A stretch of DNA of 64,000 nucleotides from Octopus sinensis (lineage: Eukaryota), in assembly GCF_006345805.1 (NCBI RefSeq), contig NC_043003.1, positions 32,302,001 to 32,366,000 on the forward strand, in the 5' to 3' direction. A program made the position numbers and the translations under genes. This document shows positions 13,869 through 26,489 of the stretch, piece after piece. The notes beneath the pieces were generated by a model. The model was not told the DNA's origin, ran no database searches, and worked only from the letters and a program-made list of their open reading frames with translations. Positions within the stretch are counted from its first letter, which is position 1, and each line of letters starts with the position of its first letter.

Positions 13869-15039
13869 CATGAATATATACACATAAATACGCACAAACA
13901 CAAGCACAAATACATATTGACATACACGAAATCGTCATGAAAGGGATGTCTTTAAACCTGCTCATTATAGGGAAGTAAGCTGATTCTAGGTTTGACTAAA
14001 ATGCGTAGTGCAGTACTCATTCATGTACTGGGAGATGAACCTTTCATATCTGAATTATAACTGAAACTGTCTCTAAATGTAATTCTTCATCATGACTACG
14101 TTCAGTTTTTATTAATATTCTGTGTTGAAACATTATTCATTGTAATTATAAATTCACGATATCACTTGTCTTTGAGTATCTATTTCTATAATATAAAATA
14201 CGAATTATTATTTGTATTTATCCTTCGGTTGTATTGAAAATATATTTAAAATAACCTATGTGCAAATTCACGCATTGCAATAAATACGGATATAAATATT
14301 TTAAACACAAAATTGCAAAGCACAGCGTTTTAAATTGAATCTAACATAGTTTACGAACAATTTGGCACATTAATTTGTCCTAATAGGAAGAATTAATTTA
14401 TTATTAACCTTTTAAATTTGCCTTTAATGCAATATGTTTTATTATCCCCTTTATGTTGTTTTATGTTGGCTCAGAAGAAGAGGTGTGACTGTTAAATAAT
14501 TAAAGAGAATTCTGAAAGCTAATTAATGATACAATAAATATTCACATGGTTGTCATACAGATGTTTTCCCTTGTTTTGATATTTTGCAAAGGAGAGCGCT
14601 TAAATATTTTTCAAAGTTGAATTAACAAAACAGAACGTAATTAAATAACAATTTCCATTAGTTTGTAAAATTTTAATTGATTTGTATATAAATATTTCGA
14701 AATATTAGGATTGAGGACACATATACTGGTCGAGTTGACATATATGTGGCACACCGTGCAAGTGTACATTTGATGGAGGGAATCGGCTAATGTGCAGTAC
14801 GAACATTGGAACATTATAACAACAATATATAATAATTGCATAGGTGATTCAGCAAGGAATTGCAGAACCATCTTTCCCGGACCTCATACAGAAGGATTTA
14901 TTGCAACATACTTGAGAGTGCTGATGAATTCCAATCACGAACAACCAAGGGAAGAGAAGAAACACTACTTTTCATTGGTCGAAGCGAACAATCTAAAGGC
15001 TCAGGAAGCATCATAGATGTGACTCAGCACTGGTGAACT

Positions 15040-15360
15040 TAAAAAGAGCAGTGAAAGCGTAATCATCGCTGCCTTGGAATACGAATTGAATGTGAAAGAT
15101 AATATATAACAAATGTGTGCAACGAATATCTGCAGAATGTGGGAAGAAGGTCGAATCGTTAGCGCCAGTCAACGTCTTACAAAAAAAGCAGTACAGTAGA
15201 ATTCCACGACATAGCAGCGCTCAATCTTCACTGGTTACTGGGCAGGAAGTATGGATTTGATTTACGGTAAGACCAAGATCCTCTGGAACTTTGACTTCCA
15301 TACAGACAAGGCGTTAGAGCACCGGAGACCGGATATAGCCTTTAAGAGGCGCCAGCAAGA
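15040..15360 (+). mobile_element. Dong/R4-like LINE C-terminal (RLE) fragment
   Basis: ESVIIAAL..., CRM and ILWNFDFHTDKALEHRRPDIA, homologous to LLWNFTIQTDRKIDANRRDII in the large R4 copy. Confidence 0.55.
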
Positions 15361-15379
15361 GTGTTAAATAATTGTCGTT

Positions 15380-15560
15380 ATACTGTTTTGTATTTAAGAA
15401 ATGAGGAATTATGTACATTATTTACATGTGGCGGATATTTGTCCTCATCTTGTTTTTTGTTAGCACAACGTTTCGGCTGATATACCCTCCAGCCTTCATC
15501 AGGTGTCTTGGTGAAATTTCCAACCTGGCTTCTCATTCCTAATGTATTTTCCGATGTTAT
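15380..15560 (-). mobile_element. Penelope-like pLTR fragment
   Basis: Carries a hammerhead motif; inverted homolog at 15695-15790. Confidence 0.55.
15464..15505 (-). ncRNA. minimal type I hammerhead ribozyme motif (Penelope type)
   Basis: Minus strand cac-CTGATGA-a-ggctg(gagggtatat)cagcc-GAAAC-GTT-gtg: intact core, 5-bp stem II, 3-bp stem I, palindromic AACGTT stem III. Confidence 0.7.
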
Positions 15561-15569
15561 TATCATTAT

Positions 15570-15605
<36 letters not shown>

Positions 15606-15694
15606 TATTAATATTATCATGCCTGGAATTGAACTCACAAGCTTGAGGTTAGTAGCATATGGTGTAGTGGTTAAGAGCGTGGGCTACTAACCCC

Positions 15695-15790
15695 AAGATA
15701 CCCGATGAAGGCTGGAGAGTATATCAGGTGAAACGTTGCGTTAACAACAAACACGATGTGGACAAATATCCGTCAAATGTAAATAATGTA
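15695..15790 (+). mobile_element. inverted second pLTR copy with mutated hammerhead
   Basis: CCGATGA-aggctggagagtatatcaggt-GAAACGTT; U4>C core change and stem II mismatches. Confidence 0.55.
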
Positions 15791-15827
15791 AATTGACGTT
15801 ATTATTATTATCATTATTATTATTATT

Positions 15828-16120
15828 AAGATTCAAATTCCGCTGAGACCGACTTTGCTTTCATCCTTTCGGAGTCGATAAATTAAGTACCAGTCACGTA
15901 CTGGGGTCTATCTAATCGACTGAATCTCCTCCCCAAAAATTTCGACCCTTGTGCCTAAAGTAGGAAAGATTATTGTTATTAAGATGGCCAGCTGGCAGAA
16001 TCGTTAGCATAACGAACAAGATACATAGTGGTATTTCTTCTGTTTCCTTACGTTCAAATTCCAACGTCGTCAACTTTACGTGTTCACCTCTCGGGTGTTT
16101 CGACCCGTACAGTTCACCGA
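15828..16120 (+). mobile_element. SINE family B fragments (two, head-to-tail)
   Basis: ttcaaattccgc...gtcgataaattaagtaccag body and gctggcagaatcgttagc head shared with 50173-50401. Confidence 0.65.
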
Positions 16121-16800
16121 GTGTCCATTAATAATTATACTAATAAACATTAGAGGTGAATTGAGTATTCTCTCTGTTATTGATAATCAAGAGTTTGAAT
16201 CTTATCAATAAAATATTTCAAACAATTCAGATTTTGTGAGATTATATCGAACCCAGCGCTCAATAAACACTTATTTTATCGACCCCTAATATGTAAAAGA
16301 CAAACTCTGACGTAAAGATGCGCAGTAAGAAATTTCAAATAAAGACAAGGGAACATTTTAATCAATTTGAATTTCGAGATTATCTGACTTGTCATTTTTG
16401 TCAAATGCTTTTTTTTTTTATCAGCATTATTGAATTTTCCAGTTATTACGTGTATAATTTCAATTGATTAATATTTTTGGCTCGCCACATCAAGTATACT
16501 AACCCATAATTAAGCTCTTACATTGAGTAGAGGATAAATATCTCATATTCCCAATTATCTGGTGCCACTAACTATAGAAGCAGCACAGTATATCGTATTT
16601 ATCGTTATACAGGCAGACAATAATGACCTGTAATTAAGCACATTTATTTCCTTATTTCCTATTTATCTACACCAATTATTATTGCTGCGTAATTTTGCAT
16701 CATTCCCGATGCTCTAATTATTAGGTTTTGTAGCCGAGGAAGGAATAGGCGTTGACTGAATGTAATGATTCAGGTTTATAACCCGCTGCAATCCTGAAGA

Positions 16801-18083
16801 TACGTGGAGGTACCCAAAAGAAACCGGAATTTTGCAACATTATTTTATTCACTCAGGTTTACATGTTTACATTTTTATCGCCTTCAAAGTATTCTCTATT
16901 TCAAGCAATGTATTAGTCCAGACGCGTTTTCCACTGTTCGGATCAGTCCTGGTACTCTTGAAAAACGATGTCTGTTAAGGTCTCTGTCGTTCTTTGTTCT
17001 TCACCTCTCCCACATCTGCCAAAAGTTTTCCTTTAGGGACATTTTTCATTCGAAGTAACAAAAGAAACGTTGCAGGGGTAAGATCGGGCGAAGGGGGAGA
17101 GTAAGTAAACGGGGGCCAGACCATTTCTGGTCAAAATCTGTCTCACACTCAAGGCAATGTGCGAAGGTGCACTGTCGTGATGAAACCACCACTTCCCACT
17201 TTACCGCTGGTCAGGGCGCTTTCGTCGCGCCATGTCTTGCAAACGCTTCACAATTGCCACAAGTAAAAAGTCTGGGTAACAGTTTGACCAGGAGAAACAA
17301 ATATTGTGTGGACAATTCTTTTCGCATCGATTAAACAAATCAACATCGTCTTGATACTGAATAAAATTTTATGCACTATTGAGGGGCGTGGTAACATTAA
17401 CTGCCTCCATTGACTTGATTGCTGCTTCGTTTCTCGGTCGTAGCCGTAGCACTAGCTTTTATCACGAGTGATAACTTTCAAAATAAGGATCAACTTCTAG
17501 CTACTCTTTCAGTTCATGACACGCATTCAGTCGTAACTAATTTTGATCTTCCATGAGCAAGCGAGGCAGAGATTTTACGACGACTCTTTTCATTTGCAAT
17601 TCTTCGTTCAAAATTCGTTAGGAGCTCCAGGATACAAAAGTCATATCAACATGTTCGTCAATTGTTCAGTGACGGTCCTCCAAGATCAGTTCATAAATTT
17701 CGTGATGTTTTCATTCGTTCGGAAGGTCGACGGTGGCCCTGAATATGGTTCATCTTCAAGCGACAAGTAACCATTCCTAAAATGTGAAAACCACTCGTAA
17801 AATTTGTGTTTTGCTCATGGCAACGTTCTTGAAGCATGAAGACTGTTTCGGTCGCCTTTTCCGCAGCAGAAAACAGAATTTTACAGAAGCATACAGTTTC
17901 TTCGCTTCAGCCATCGCAAAATTCGACGAACAGAGGAGAAGCATTGCAAAGCAAAGACATACACATGACAGTACGACTTTAATCGACGACACCAGTGGGC
18001 AGCGGGGTGCATCAAGTGACTTCTAGCAGTGGAAACCTGAACTACAGCAAACGTCTCCAGTTAATTTTGAGTAACCCCTCGTA
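16801..18083 (-). mobile_element. full-length decayed mariner element (~1.28 kb) with TIRs
   Basis: Left end tacgtggaggtacccaaaagaaaccgga versus reverse complement of right end tacgaggggttactcaaaattaactgga, TA at both ends; minus strand SVKFCFLL, IKTMLICLIDAKRIVH...PGQTVTQTFYL, PSPDLTP; many stops and frameshifts. Confidence 0.85.
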
Positions 18084-20016
18084 TTAGAGAAATCTGAAAC
18101 TGAAACTTTACGCTAGACATACGAAGTAATAGCAATTTGGTGTCTTTTTCTTTTTGGCTTTATCAGGAGAGTTGTTTTGAAATAATTGCCAATTTCAGTT
18201 AAACCCATGTTTGTAAATCATTTACACATTTGTAAGTTCAGATATAAGTCTGATTTATAAATATACAGCATTTCAAATGCGTTTCCTTAAAACTGTCATA
18301 TTTGATTTTAATCTTATTAGTTTTAGAATGCTTCAAAAATATTTAAATGTTACTAAATTTGAAATACATTTTGTGTTTTTTTTGAAAAAAATGGTTTCTT
18401 GTTTCGACACAAAGCCAGCAGTTTTGAAAGAAGGGAATTAGAGAACACCATCGACTTAACTGGAATTTTTATCAAGCAAAGATGCAAGTTACTCTAGGTG
18501 GATTTTGGATTCAGAACGTAAAGACCTAGAAGAGATACTTTGTATTTCAAATCACTCTGTTAAAAATGTTTGAAATATGTTATCGATAAGATTCGAATTC
18601 TGGCAAAGATAGAAGTATTTCTCAATTCACCTATCATATTTATTTGTGCAATTATTGATAGGCGTTCATAAACAGTCTTGCGTAGCTGATATACCTCCAA
18701 ATCAATGCCACAGAAGAGTGAAGCTAGCAGTTATAATCAATGAAACTATTGTGCAATGGTCCAAAAATTTGTTTATCTGTAGAGCTATCCTGTCCTGAAT
18801 TATTTTTTTGTATATATAACTCGAAGACTATCTGCATTGAAATAAAATCAGTAAAAGATAGCTTCCGTTGGTGGATCGATTTGTTCAGAGAATTGTTTCT
18901 GAATATTTCCCATACGGTGAGGGAAGCAATTTTCATTTTTCTTAAACATTTCTGGTTGCATCATATAACCTAATGAGTTGTATAGACTTTTTATACATCC
19001 GAATAAAAAGATACAAGCTTTTATCATCTAAATGAGCAAACTGTTTTAATTCACGATACGCTTATTAATTTCATTAATCTAACAACTATTTTTTTATTTC
19101 CTTCAACTGTTTAAAATTAATCATTCATTATTGAATGCAAAATGTTGTGAACGGGAATGTTGAAACCGATGATAGAAAATAATTCAATTTTAATGCACAT
19201 GTGTAAATACGGATGTGCGTTGTACGTATGCATGCACATGCGAGAAAGTTCATGCTTTATATGTTATTTAATAATACATCATTTAAATGTTTTAGATTCA
19301 AAACTCTCCAAATGATTTCAGTAAATATATAATTTCAAGCAGAAAAACATTTTTCCTGGTGTCAACGTTTATTTCAATTAAATTTTTCGAAACTGTACAA
19401 TTTTCTGTGAATCATAAACTTTCACTTTATCAGTCTATAACGCCTCAGTCAGATCGTATTCCGTTTTAATAGAAATTACCGTTAATTTTAGCCTTCACAG
19501 AATTGGTATTTGATTTGATTTTCGGATCACAATTATTTTTGCTTTTTTTTTCTCTTACGAATCACTCGAACAGCAGATCTCCACTTGAGAGTGAATTTTA
19601 AATGATAATAACGATAATTACATTAATCATTATAAAGACAGTCTTAATAGAATGCTCACAAATACATGGTATGCAACAAATTGACATCCACAACGCTGGA
19701 AAAGGTAAGATAAGGAGATTAGCATTTAGTCATAACCATAACTGCAACTATTGTAATAATGATGATAAATATTTTTGACATTGGTATAAAGCTTGTAATT
19801 ATACAGGGAGAGAAAAGTCCATTATATCGAAAGTAGCATTTAAATAGTACGGATTCCCGGAAGTCGATTCCATTGTGATTCGTACATAAAATATAATTAG
19901 GTGGGGACTATAACGTGTCTTTCATCTACCGCTCCTATTGACGAACTAATTAGGAAAATATCTATTCATACAAAGACATATAAATATATACATTTGCGTG
20001 TGTGTGTATACATATA

Positions 20017-20412
20017 CTTTTCTACTCTAGGCACAAGGCCTGAAATTTTGGGGGAGGGGGCCAGTCGATTAGATCCATCCCAGTACGTGACTGGTACTTA
20101 ATTTATCGACTCCAAAAGGATGAAAGGCAAAGTTGACATCGGCGGAATTTCAAAATCAGAACGTAAAAACAGACGAAATACCTATTTCTTTACTACCCAC
20201 AAGGAGCTAAACACAGAGGGGACAAACAAGGACAGACAAACGGATTAAGTAGATTATATCGACCCCAGTGCGTGACTGGTACTTAATGTATCGACCCCGA
20301 AAGGATGAAATGCAAAGTCGACCTCGGCGGAATTTGAACTCAGAACGTAACGGCAGACGAAAGACCACTAAGCACATCGCCCGGCGTACTAATGTTTCCC
20401 CAAGCTCGCCGC
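20017..20412 (-). mobile_element. SINE family B, two nested/tandem copies
   Basis: Reverse-complement homology to 50173-50401; junction at ~20175 (gacgaaatacc|tatttcttt). Confidence 0.8.
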
Positions 20413-23400
20413 TTTGTTGACCAGGTAATAATATCAACTTACGTATTGCCTCCTTACCCTAGACGCAAAGTACAATTCCTCTGAGGACAGGCTATATGGC
20501 ATTTTCCATACGGCAAGTTATAAATGAGGTTCGAATGCTTTTGGATACGGCAAGTTTATAAATGAGGTTCGAATGCTTTTGGATAAAATATACAAATTAT
20601 TGATTGTCATGAAATAATAAAGTAAAGTTACTTCCCGAATCACACAAACTCAAAAAGGCCGGTTTCCCGGTTTCCATGTAGTAAAGACATGCTAAAATTC
20701 TTTAGAATTGGTGATAAGAATGTACAAAAATGGCAAGCAATATTGGAAAGGAGAAATTGTAACATACATAGGAAGAATGATGTACTGTGTAAGAAGCAGA
20801 AAAGGAATGGAAAGGTGACATAGAAATCAGCTTCAGGAAAGGGTCATAGAAAAGGAATCAATGAGAGTAGAAATGCCTAAGCCATTGGCTATATGGCACT
20901 TTTCCCATTCCAACACTGTTACAAGAAGTCGAAATCACACCAACAAGGAAAAGGAAAAACACTGAATTCCTAATGGTAGACCCTAAAATATAAGATAAGA
21001 AAAGATATTGAATATTTATATATATAAGAAGGAGGGGATGGGGTGAATAAAAAATTGATTGTTAAATAAAACAATTAAAAAGGAAGATGTATTGTGAAAC
21101 TGTATACCCCTCCAGGTAAAATGTGGTGGGAGTGGGCCATTTAAAATAGACCAGTAGACGGTCAAGAGAGTGTCGAGATTCGAAAGTTCTAGTCATCGTC
21201 TTGGGGAGCTATCAGCGATAGTAAGACAGCGGTTAGTGTATTACTATTCCGGTACGAAAAGATACAACGGTATCCGATGACTAGTAACTATTGTGGATAC
21301 TAGCGTAAAAAAGCAAGTACATAACACCAGTGGAAGGAGCCCACTTTACAACTTATATCTAGATAAATATTTACTGTATAACTTTAATGATAATTAGAAG
21401 GTGTTATGTTATAGTTAAAGGGACATACTACAGTATAACAATTTTTGTGTGAATGTTATTCAGAATTAGTTTGAACTCCTCAATAAGTTTTCAATAAATT
21501 GATGACAGCATGCTTTCAAATAGTTACTTACAGAGACCTGACTCCTATTATGATACATTGGAGCGCTGGCTTTAGGTATAGTTGAGATCTAATCAGAAAT
21601 TAGCAAGATCACGACTGACTCGAAATAAACACCATCAACTGCCAACACCACCACCACATAGACAACACTCGTGGTACATCATATGGCCTGGTCTTTTTTC
21701 TCTGACATAGACCTAAAACAGACTATTTCTTCTCCACACATTTTCTTTATCTATTCCAGTATTTTTGCTGATAGACAATTCTTATATTCTTCGGCGACTA
21801 GAAATATCTTCCGATGGGTTATCAGCAAATGGTGGAAACGATCACTCGATTATCTGAACCCCACTGATACATAACTCATCAGCTGTTGTAGGACGAACAA
21901 GAAATTCAATCTTTCTCGGTGGGCGAACTCGAGATTTAAAAGCCTTTTAAAAATATTACCGTAAAGTATTTCATCCGATACGCTATCTATTGTGCCAATC
22001 TATCAATCTCCTTCTTAGTCTTCAACCGGCGTGTATATGACCCTCGATTTTCTATATAACATTTTGCTGTTAAAATGTATCTGCAACACAAACTATTATA
22101 ACACTTTTTAAATACAATTCCTTATATTTCATTATAAAAATATACTAGAAATTTTTGAACACCGAATGGCTATGAGGATACGTCCGTTTAAAATCGATAG
22201 CGTTCCATAGGTAGAAAGTTGTTGAGACCAAATATTCTAAATTATTGATTACTAGCGTGTGCATGAGGATGGATATGGTCGATTCCAGTAATTCACTTGT
22301 ATATATTTTATCCTCCCTAGAAAAATGAAAAGAAAAATGAAAGTTAAAGCCAATTTTAGCAGCGATGGATCACAGAATGTAAAGAGACGTAATTAAATAT
22401 TGATGTATTTTGTTCGTCTCACAAAAGATTCTCTCAGTCTACTGCCACAATATTAACTTTTTGTCAGAACCAATTGGAGTTTAACAGTGTCAACTGGTAA
22501 AATTTGAAATCAGATCGTAGAGCATCGAAATTACATAACATAATTTCTACCATTTCTACCTACTTACTATTCTTCTTTAACAAGCCAGATAATAAGGCTA
22601 CAAACGCATGCTCATTCATGTTATCGATTTTAAGTTTACATTGTATGGAAGAATATTCGTTGACTCGCAGCAAGTACTCACCTAAGATTTTGTCTACTGC
22701 TTTTCACTAATTGATGCCGTTCTTAGATGTCGTCTATTGCATCTCACTAATTGTTATCGCCTAAGATGTTGTCTACAATACTTCATTAATTTATACTGTT
22801 CATGAATAGCTTCTGTCACGTTTGAACAAAAAAAGCAAACAAAAAAAAGATCAGGTAGAGATTGTTCTGTATAGAAACAAATGAATAGTTTAGTGGGGAG
22901 CCAGTTTATTAAGCTAGTAATACACTAGCCTAGTTAGTGTATAGTGATTTAGTATTTGAATAAATGAATGGGTTATTCGTATTTTTGTTGTGGGAATAGA
23001 TATAAAAAAAGAAACTGAAACTTAATGAAAATATCCACAATACGTATTAAGTCATATGCAATCAAGTACAATGTATACTCACTAGACAGTCTCTGTGTCC
23101 AAACGAGCGCATGGAGAATCATGGTTGCAGCTCACGAGTATATGTTTTAAACGTATTGTCTAACATCACACTAAATCAGAACTAGTAGTGAAAAGCTAAA
23201 TTCTCTAGTGTAGTTAATCAATTGCTGTACTATCTTGGTCACGTCCAGCGCACATAACGTAGGTAAAATATTGATAAATATACTGAATAGAAGCTTTCAA
23301 GAACGAAAACAACAACGTATTGTCGCAGATTTGTTATGTGGAATAATGACACGATTACTGCATAATAACATCCTAGAAAACACATAGAGTGATCGATCGA

Positions 23401-24150
23401 CTGATGTTATTGATGTTGTTGCTGTTGTGATTTTTGTTCTCTGTTGTTTATTAATAAATATAGTTCAGACACTTAGACAGAGTTTGAAGCACCTGAAGTT
23501 AAACTTCTGCAGAGAATAAAAAGAATTATTGTGCTAAAGTCAGTTAGTGTCTTGAAACAACTATTAATAGACTATAGTACACTATATTAAAACAAACATT
23601 GAAGCCGTAGTCCTAGAATGTACAATGAAATTCTTATCAATGGACACCTTTTTATGTGAAGCTTTGTAAAGGAACGAGTGTCCACGTAAAAAAAATCTCA
23701 TCAATGGATGGTCGATACAAAAGTGGTAAGGTGCAGACGGTACTGATGCTACGCCATTTGAACGATTAAATGGTTACGACAAACGTTCCTCACTCCAAAT
23801 ATCAGACCAGGTATATAGTGGGCCACAAACAGACCAATAAGGAGCGCCTTGTAAACAATAGCTTTAAGGCAAACCATGCTGCGAACGAAAAGGAAAGATT
23901 TTATTAGCCAGGTAACGAATAAAGGGGCAAAACGCCGCAATATGGAGCTGGTGCAATGAAATCAATAGGGTTAGTGCATTGCTGGAGAGAAAATTATGGC
24001 TAGGTACAAAGTAGGATGGAAAGAACATTGGTCATGGTAAAACGATCGCAACAAGTAATAGAATATGATAGTATATATTTTGATGAATAAACGCTTTTCG
24101 TATGTAATTTATTTGAACTATTATTTAACGAGTGGCATACGAAAATACCT

Positions 24151-24386
24151 ATTTCTTTATCGCCCACAAGGGGCTAAACACAGAGAGGAAAAACAAGGAC
24201 AGACAAACGGATGAAGTCGATTATATCGACCCCAGTGCGTAACTGGTACTTAATTTATCGACCCCGAGAGGATGAAAGGCAAAGTCGACCTCGGCGGAAT
24301 TTGAACTTGGAACGTAGCGGCATACGAAATACCGCTAAGCATTTCGCCCAGCGTGCTAACGATTCTGCAACTTCGCCGCCTTTTGA
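24151..24386 (-). mobile_element. full-length SINE family B with 15-bp TSD
   Basis: Homologous to 50173-50401; flanked by perfect direct repeat catacgaaaatacct (24136-24150 and 24387-24401). Confidence 0.85.
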
Positions 24387-24892
24387 CATACGAAAATACC
24401 TTTGATTCATCCTAGCATGTCATACCTATGTAAATATACATGAGGACAAGGCAGTAGACAAGGTTTAGTTACTTTTGCATAGAAAGATATTTTAGCAATA
24501 TTTTTAATATGCATATTTGAATCTGTGTGAAGTGTGGGTTGTAATGTAATCATGTGTGGCATTAGCTTCAATGTGATTTAGTGTTTGACTGTGTTATTGG
24601 CACGTTTTCCCACTTATATCATCAGGCTATGTGTCGATGTAACTTGTGTGCATTTGTACATGCGTTAATTAATTAATTAATTATTTCCGGTGACGTCATT
24701 GCTCTATTAAAAGTTTTTTTTTTTTTTCACGTGCGATTTCAGTGGGAAAACAGCTTGGAAAATAACGCCTTATCAAATTTTTGCTTGTGTCTATTTATTT
24801 AATGCTACTATAAAAAAAGCTGTGGGGGAAGCTGGAATGGCTTCATACTGAAAGATTTATTGTTCACCGACTGAAAGTATATCATCTCCACT

Positions 24893-24939
24893 ATCATCAT
24901 CATCATCATCATCATCATCACCACCACTATCATCGTCAC

Positions 24940-24973
<34 letters not shown>

Positions 24974-25440
24974 GTCATCGTCATCATCATCATCATCATC
25001 ATCATCATTATCATCATCATCACCACCACTATCATCATCATCATCATCATCATCATCGTCATCGTCATCATCATCATCATCATCATCATCTTCATCATCA
25101 TCAACACCACCAACGACGGCAATAACAACAACAGTAACCTGCAGCAGCATTATAATTGCAGCAGATTTATTATTGCATGATTAGCATTGTCGTTGAGGTT
25201 ATCAACTTCATCATCATCATCATCACCACCACCATCACCATTATCAGCACCACAACTACCATCATCACCACCACTACAACTACTACTATAACATCCATCA
25301 CCAACACCTCTACGGACACTGCATCCACCAGCAACACCATCAACGTTATCACGATCATCATCATCGTTATAGTCATCATCATCATCATCATCGTCATATT
25401 CTTCGTCATCACCATCATCATGTACATCATCATTATTATC
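24893..25440. repeat. (CAT)n/(CAC)n compound microsatellite
   Basis: Directly visible. Confidence 0.9.
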
Positions 25441-25454
25441 ATCGCCATTATTAT

Positions 25455-25830
25455 TTTCAGTGACGCTTTCGCTCTAGCAGGTGTTTATACCGACACTATA
25501 TCAAACGATCGAGCCATATCAAATGACCAAATGTCCTTTGGGATATTCGTACTCCTCCAACTTTTTAACACCCCGTTCAGGGACCCTACCCTTCCTAACA
25601 ACGCTGTTTTCTGCAACAACCCCATTCTAATGGTAATTCCTAGCTTCTCAAACCATACATCCACCCTTTTACTATATATTCCCAGCACGCCGATCACAAT
25701 CGGTGCCAATTCCTTAGTGCCTGATTCCTCATAGTTTCCTGATTTCCCACCTGAATTCCTGATATTTCTCCAATTTCTCTGTTTCCATCTCATTCGCATT
25801 CGGGTCCCACAGTGCAGCAATATTCACACT
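25455..25830 (-). mobile_element. Dong/R4-like LINE 3' terminal fragment
   Basis: Minus strand EKLEKYQEFRWEIRKL...APIVIGVLG...GLLQKTALLG (RLE C-terminus), a short 3' UTR, then AAT/GAT repeats. Confidence 0.7.
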
Positions 25831-26347
25831 TCGCAATAACTGCTGTGTTCTTTTCTATGACACAAGCGGCGCCTGCACAACTGGATTCACAGCACCACCC
25901 GAAGCAGCATTATATAATTGAAGCTGCTTTATAATTGCGTAATTACTACTGTCACTGAGATTATCAACCTCATCATTATCGTCACTACTAACATTAACAC
26001 AACCTCAATCACCACTGCCTCCACCGACACCGCCGCTACTATCACCATCGTCGTCGACATCATCATCATCATTATCATCATCATTGTCATCGTCATCATC
26101 ATCATCATTATTATCATCATCATTATCATGATGATGTTTATTATTATTATTTATGGGTTTTTCTTCTTCTTTCAAATTTCCTTCCATTTCTTGCCGAGTG
26201 TCTTCCCGACACCTAGGGCAAAGAAACTCATAGCATACATTGGTGGGGCATTAACTCACTAGTTAAATTAAAATACATGGGTAGCAATATTTCTCACATC
26301 GACAATGCTCTTCTCAATACGTGTGATGTACCAGTTAAGACAATCCA

Positions 26348-26368
26348 GTTATTATTATTATTATTATA

Positions 26369-26413
<45 letters not shown>

Positions 26414-26450
26414 GCTGTTGTTGTTGTTGTTGTTGTTGTTATTATTATTA

Positions 26451-26488
<38 letters not shown>
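26348..26488. repeat. (TTA)n/(TTG)n microsatellite (tail/target of the R4 element)
   Basis: Directly visible; abuts the LINE 3' UTR. Confidence 0.95.

Positions 26489-26489
<1 letters not shown>

Noticed and set aside
20510-20585. ~38-bp tandem duplication; also an ~85-bp duplicated unit at 5620-5790
   Set aside because: Ordinary slippage duplications with no further structure
21255-21310. CCGATGA-ctagt...actag hairpin resembling a hammerhead
   Set aside because: The core is mutated, there is no GAAA after the stem, and the topology does not fit type I, II or III
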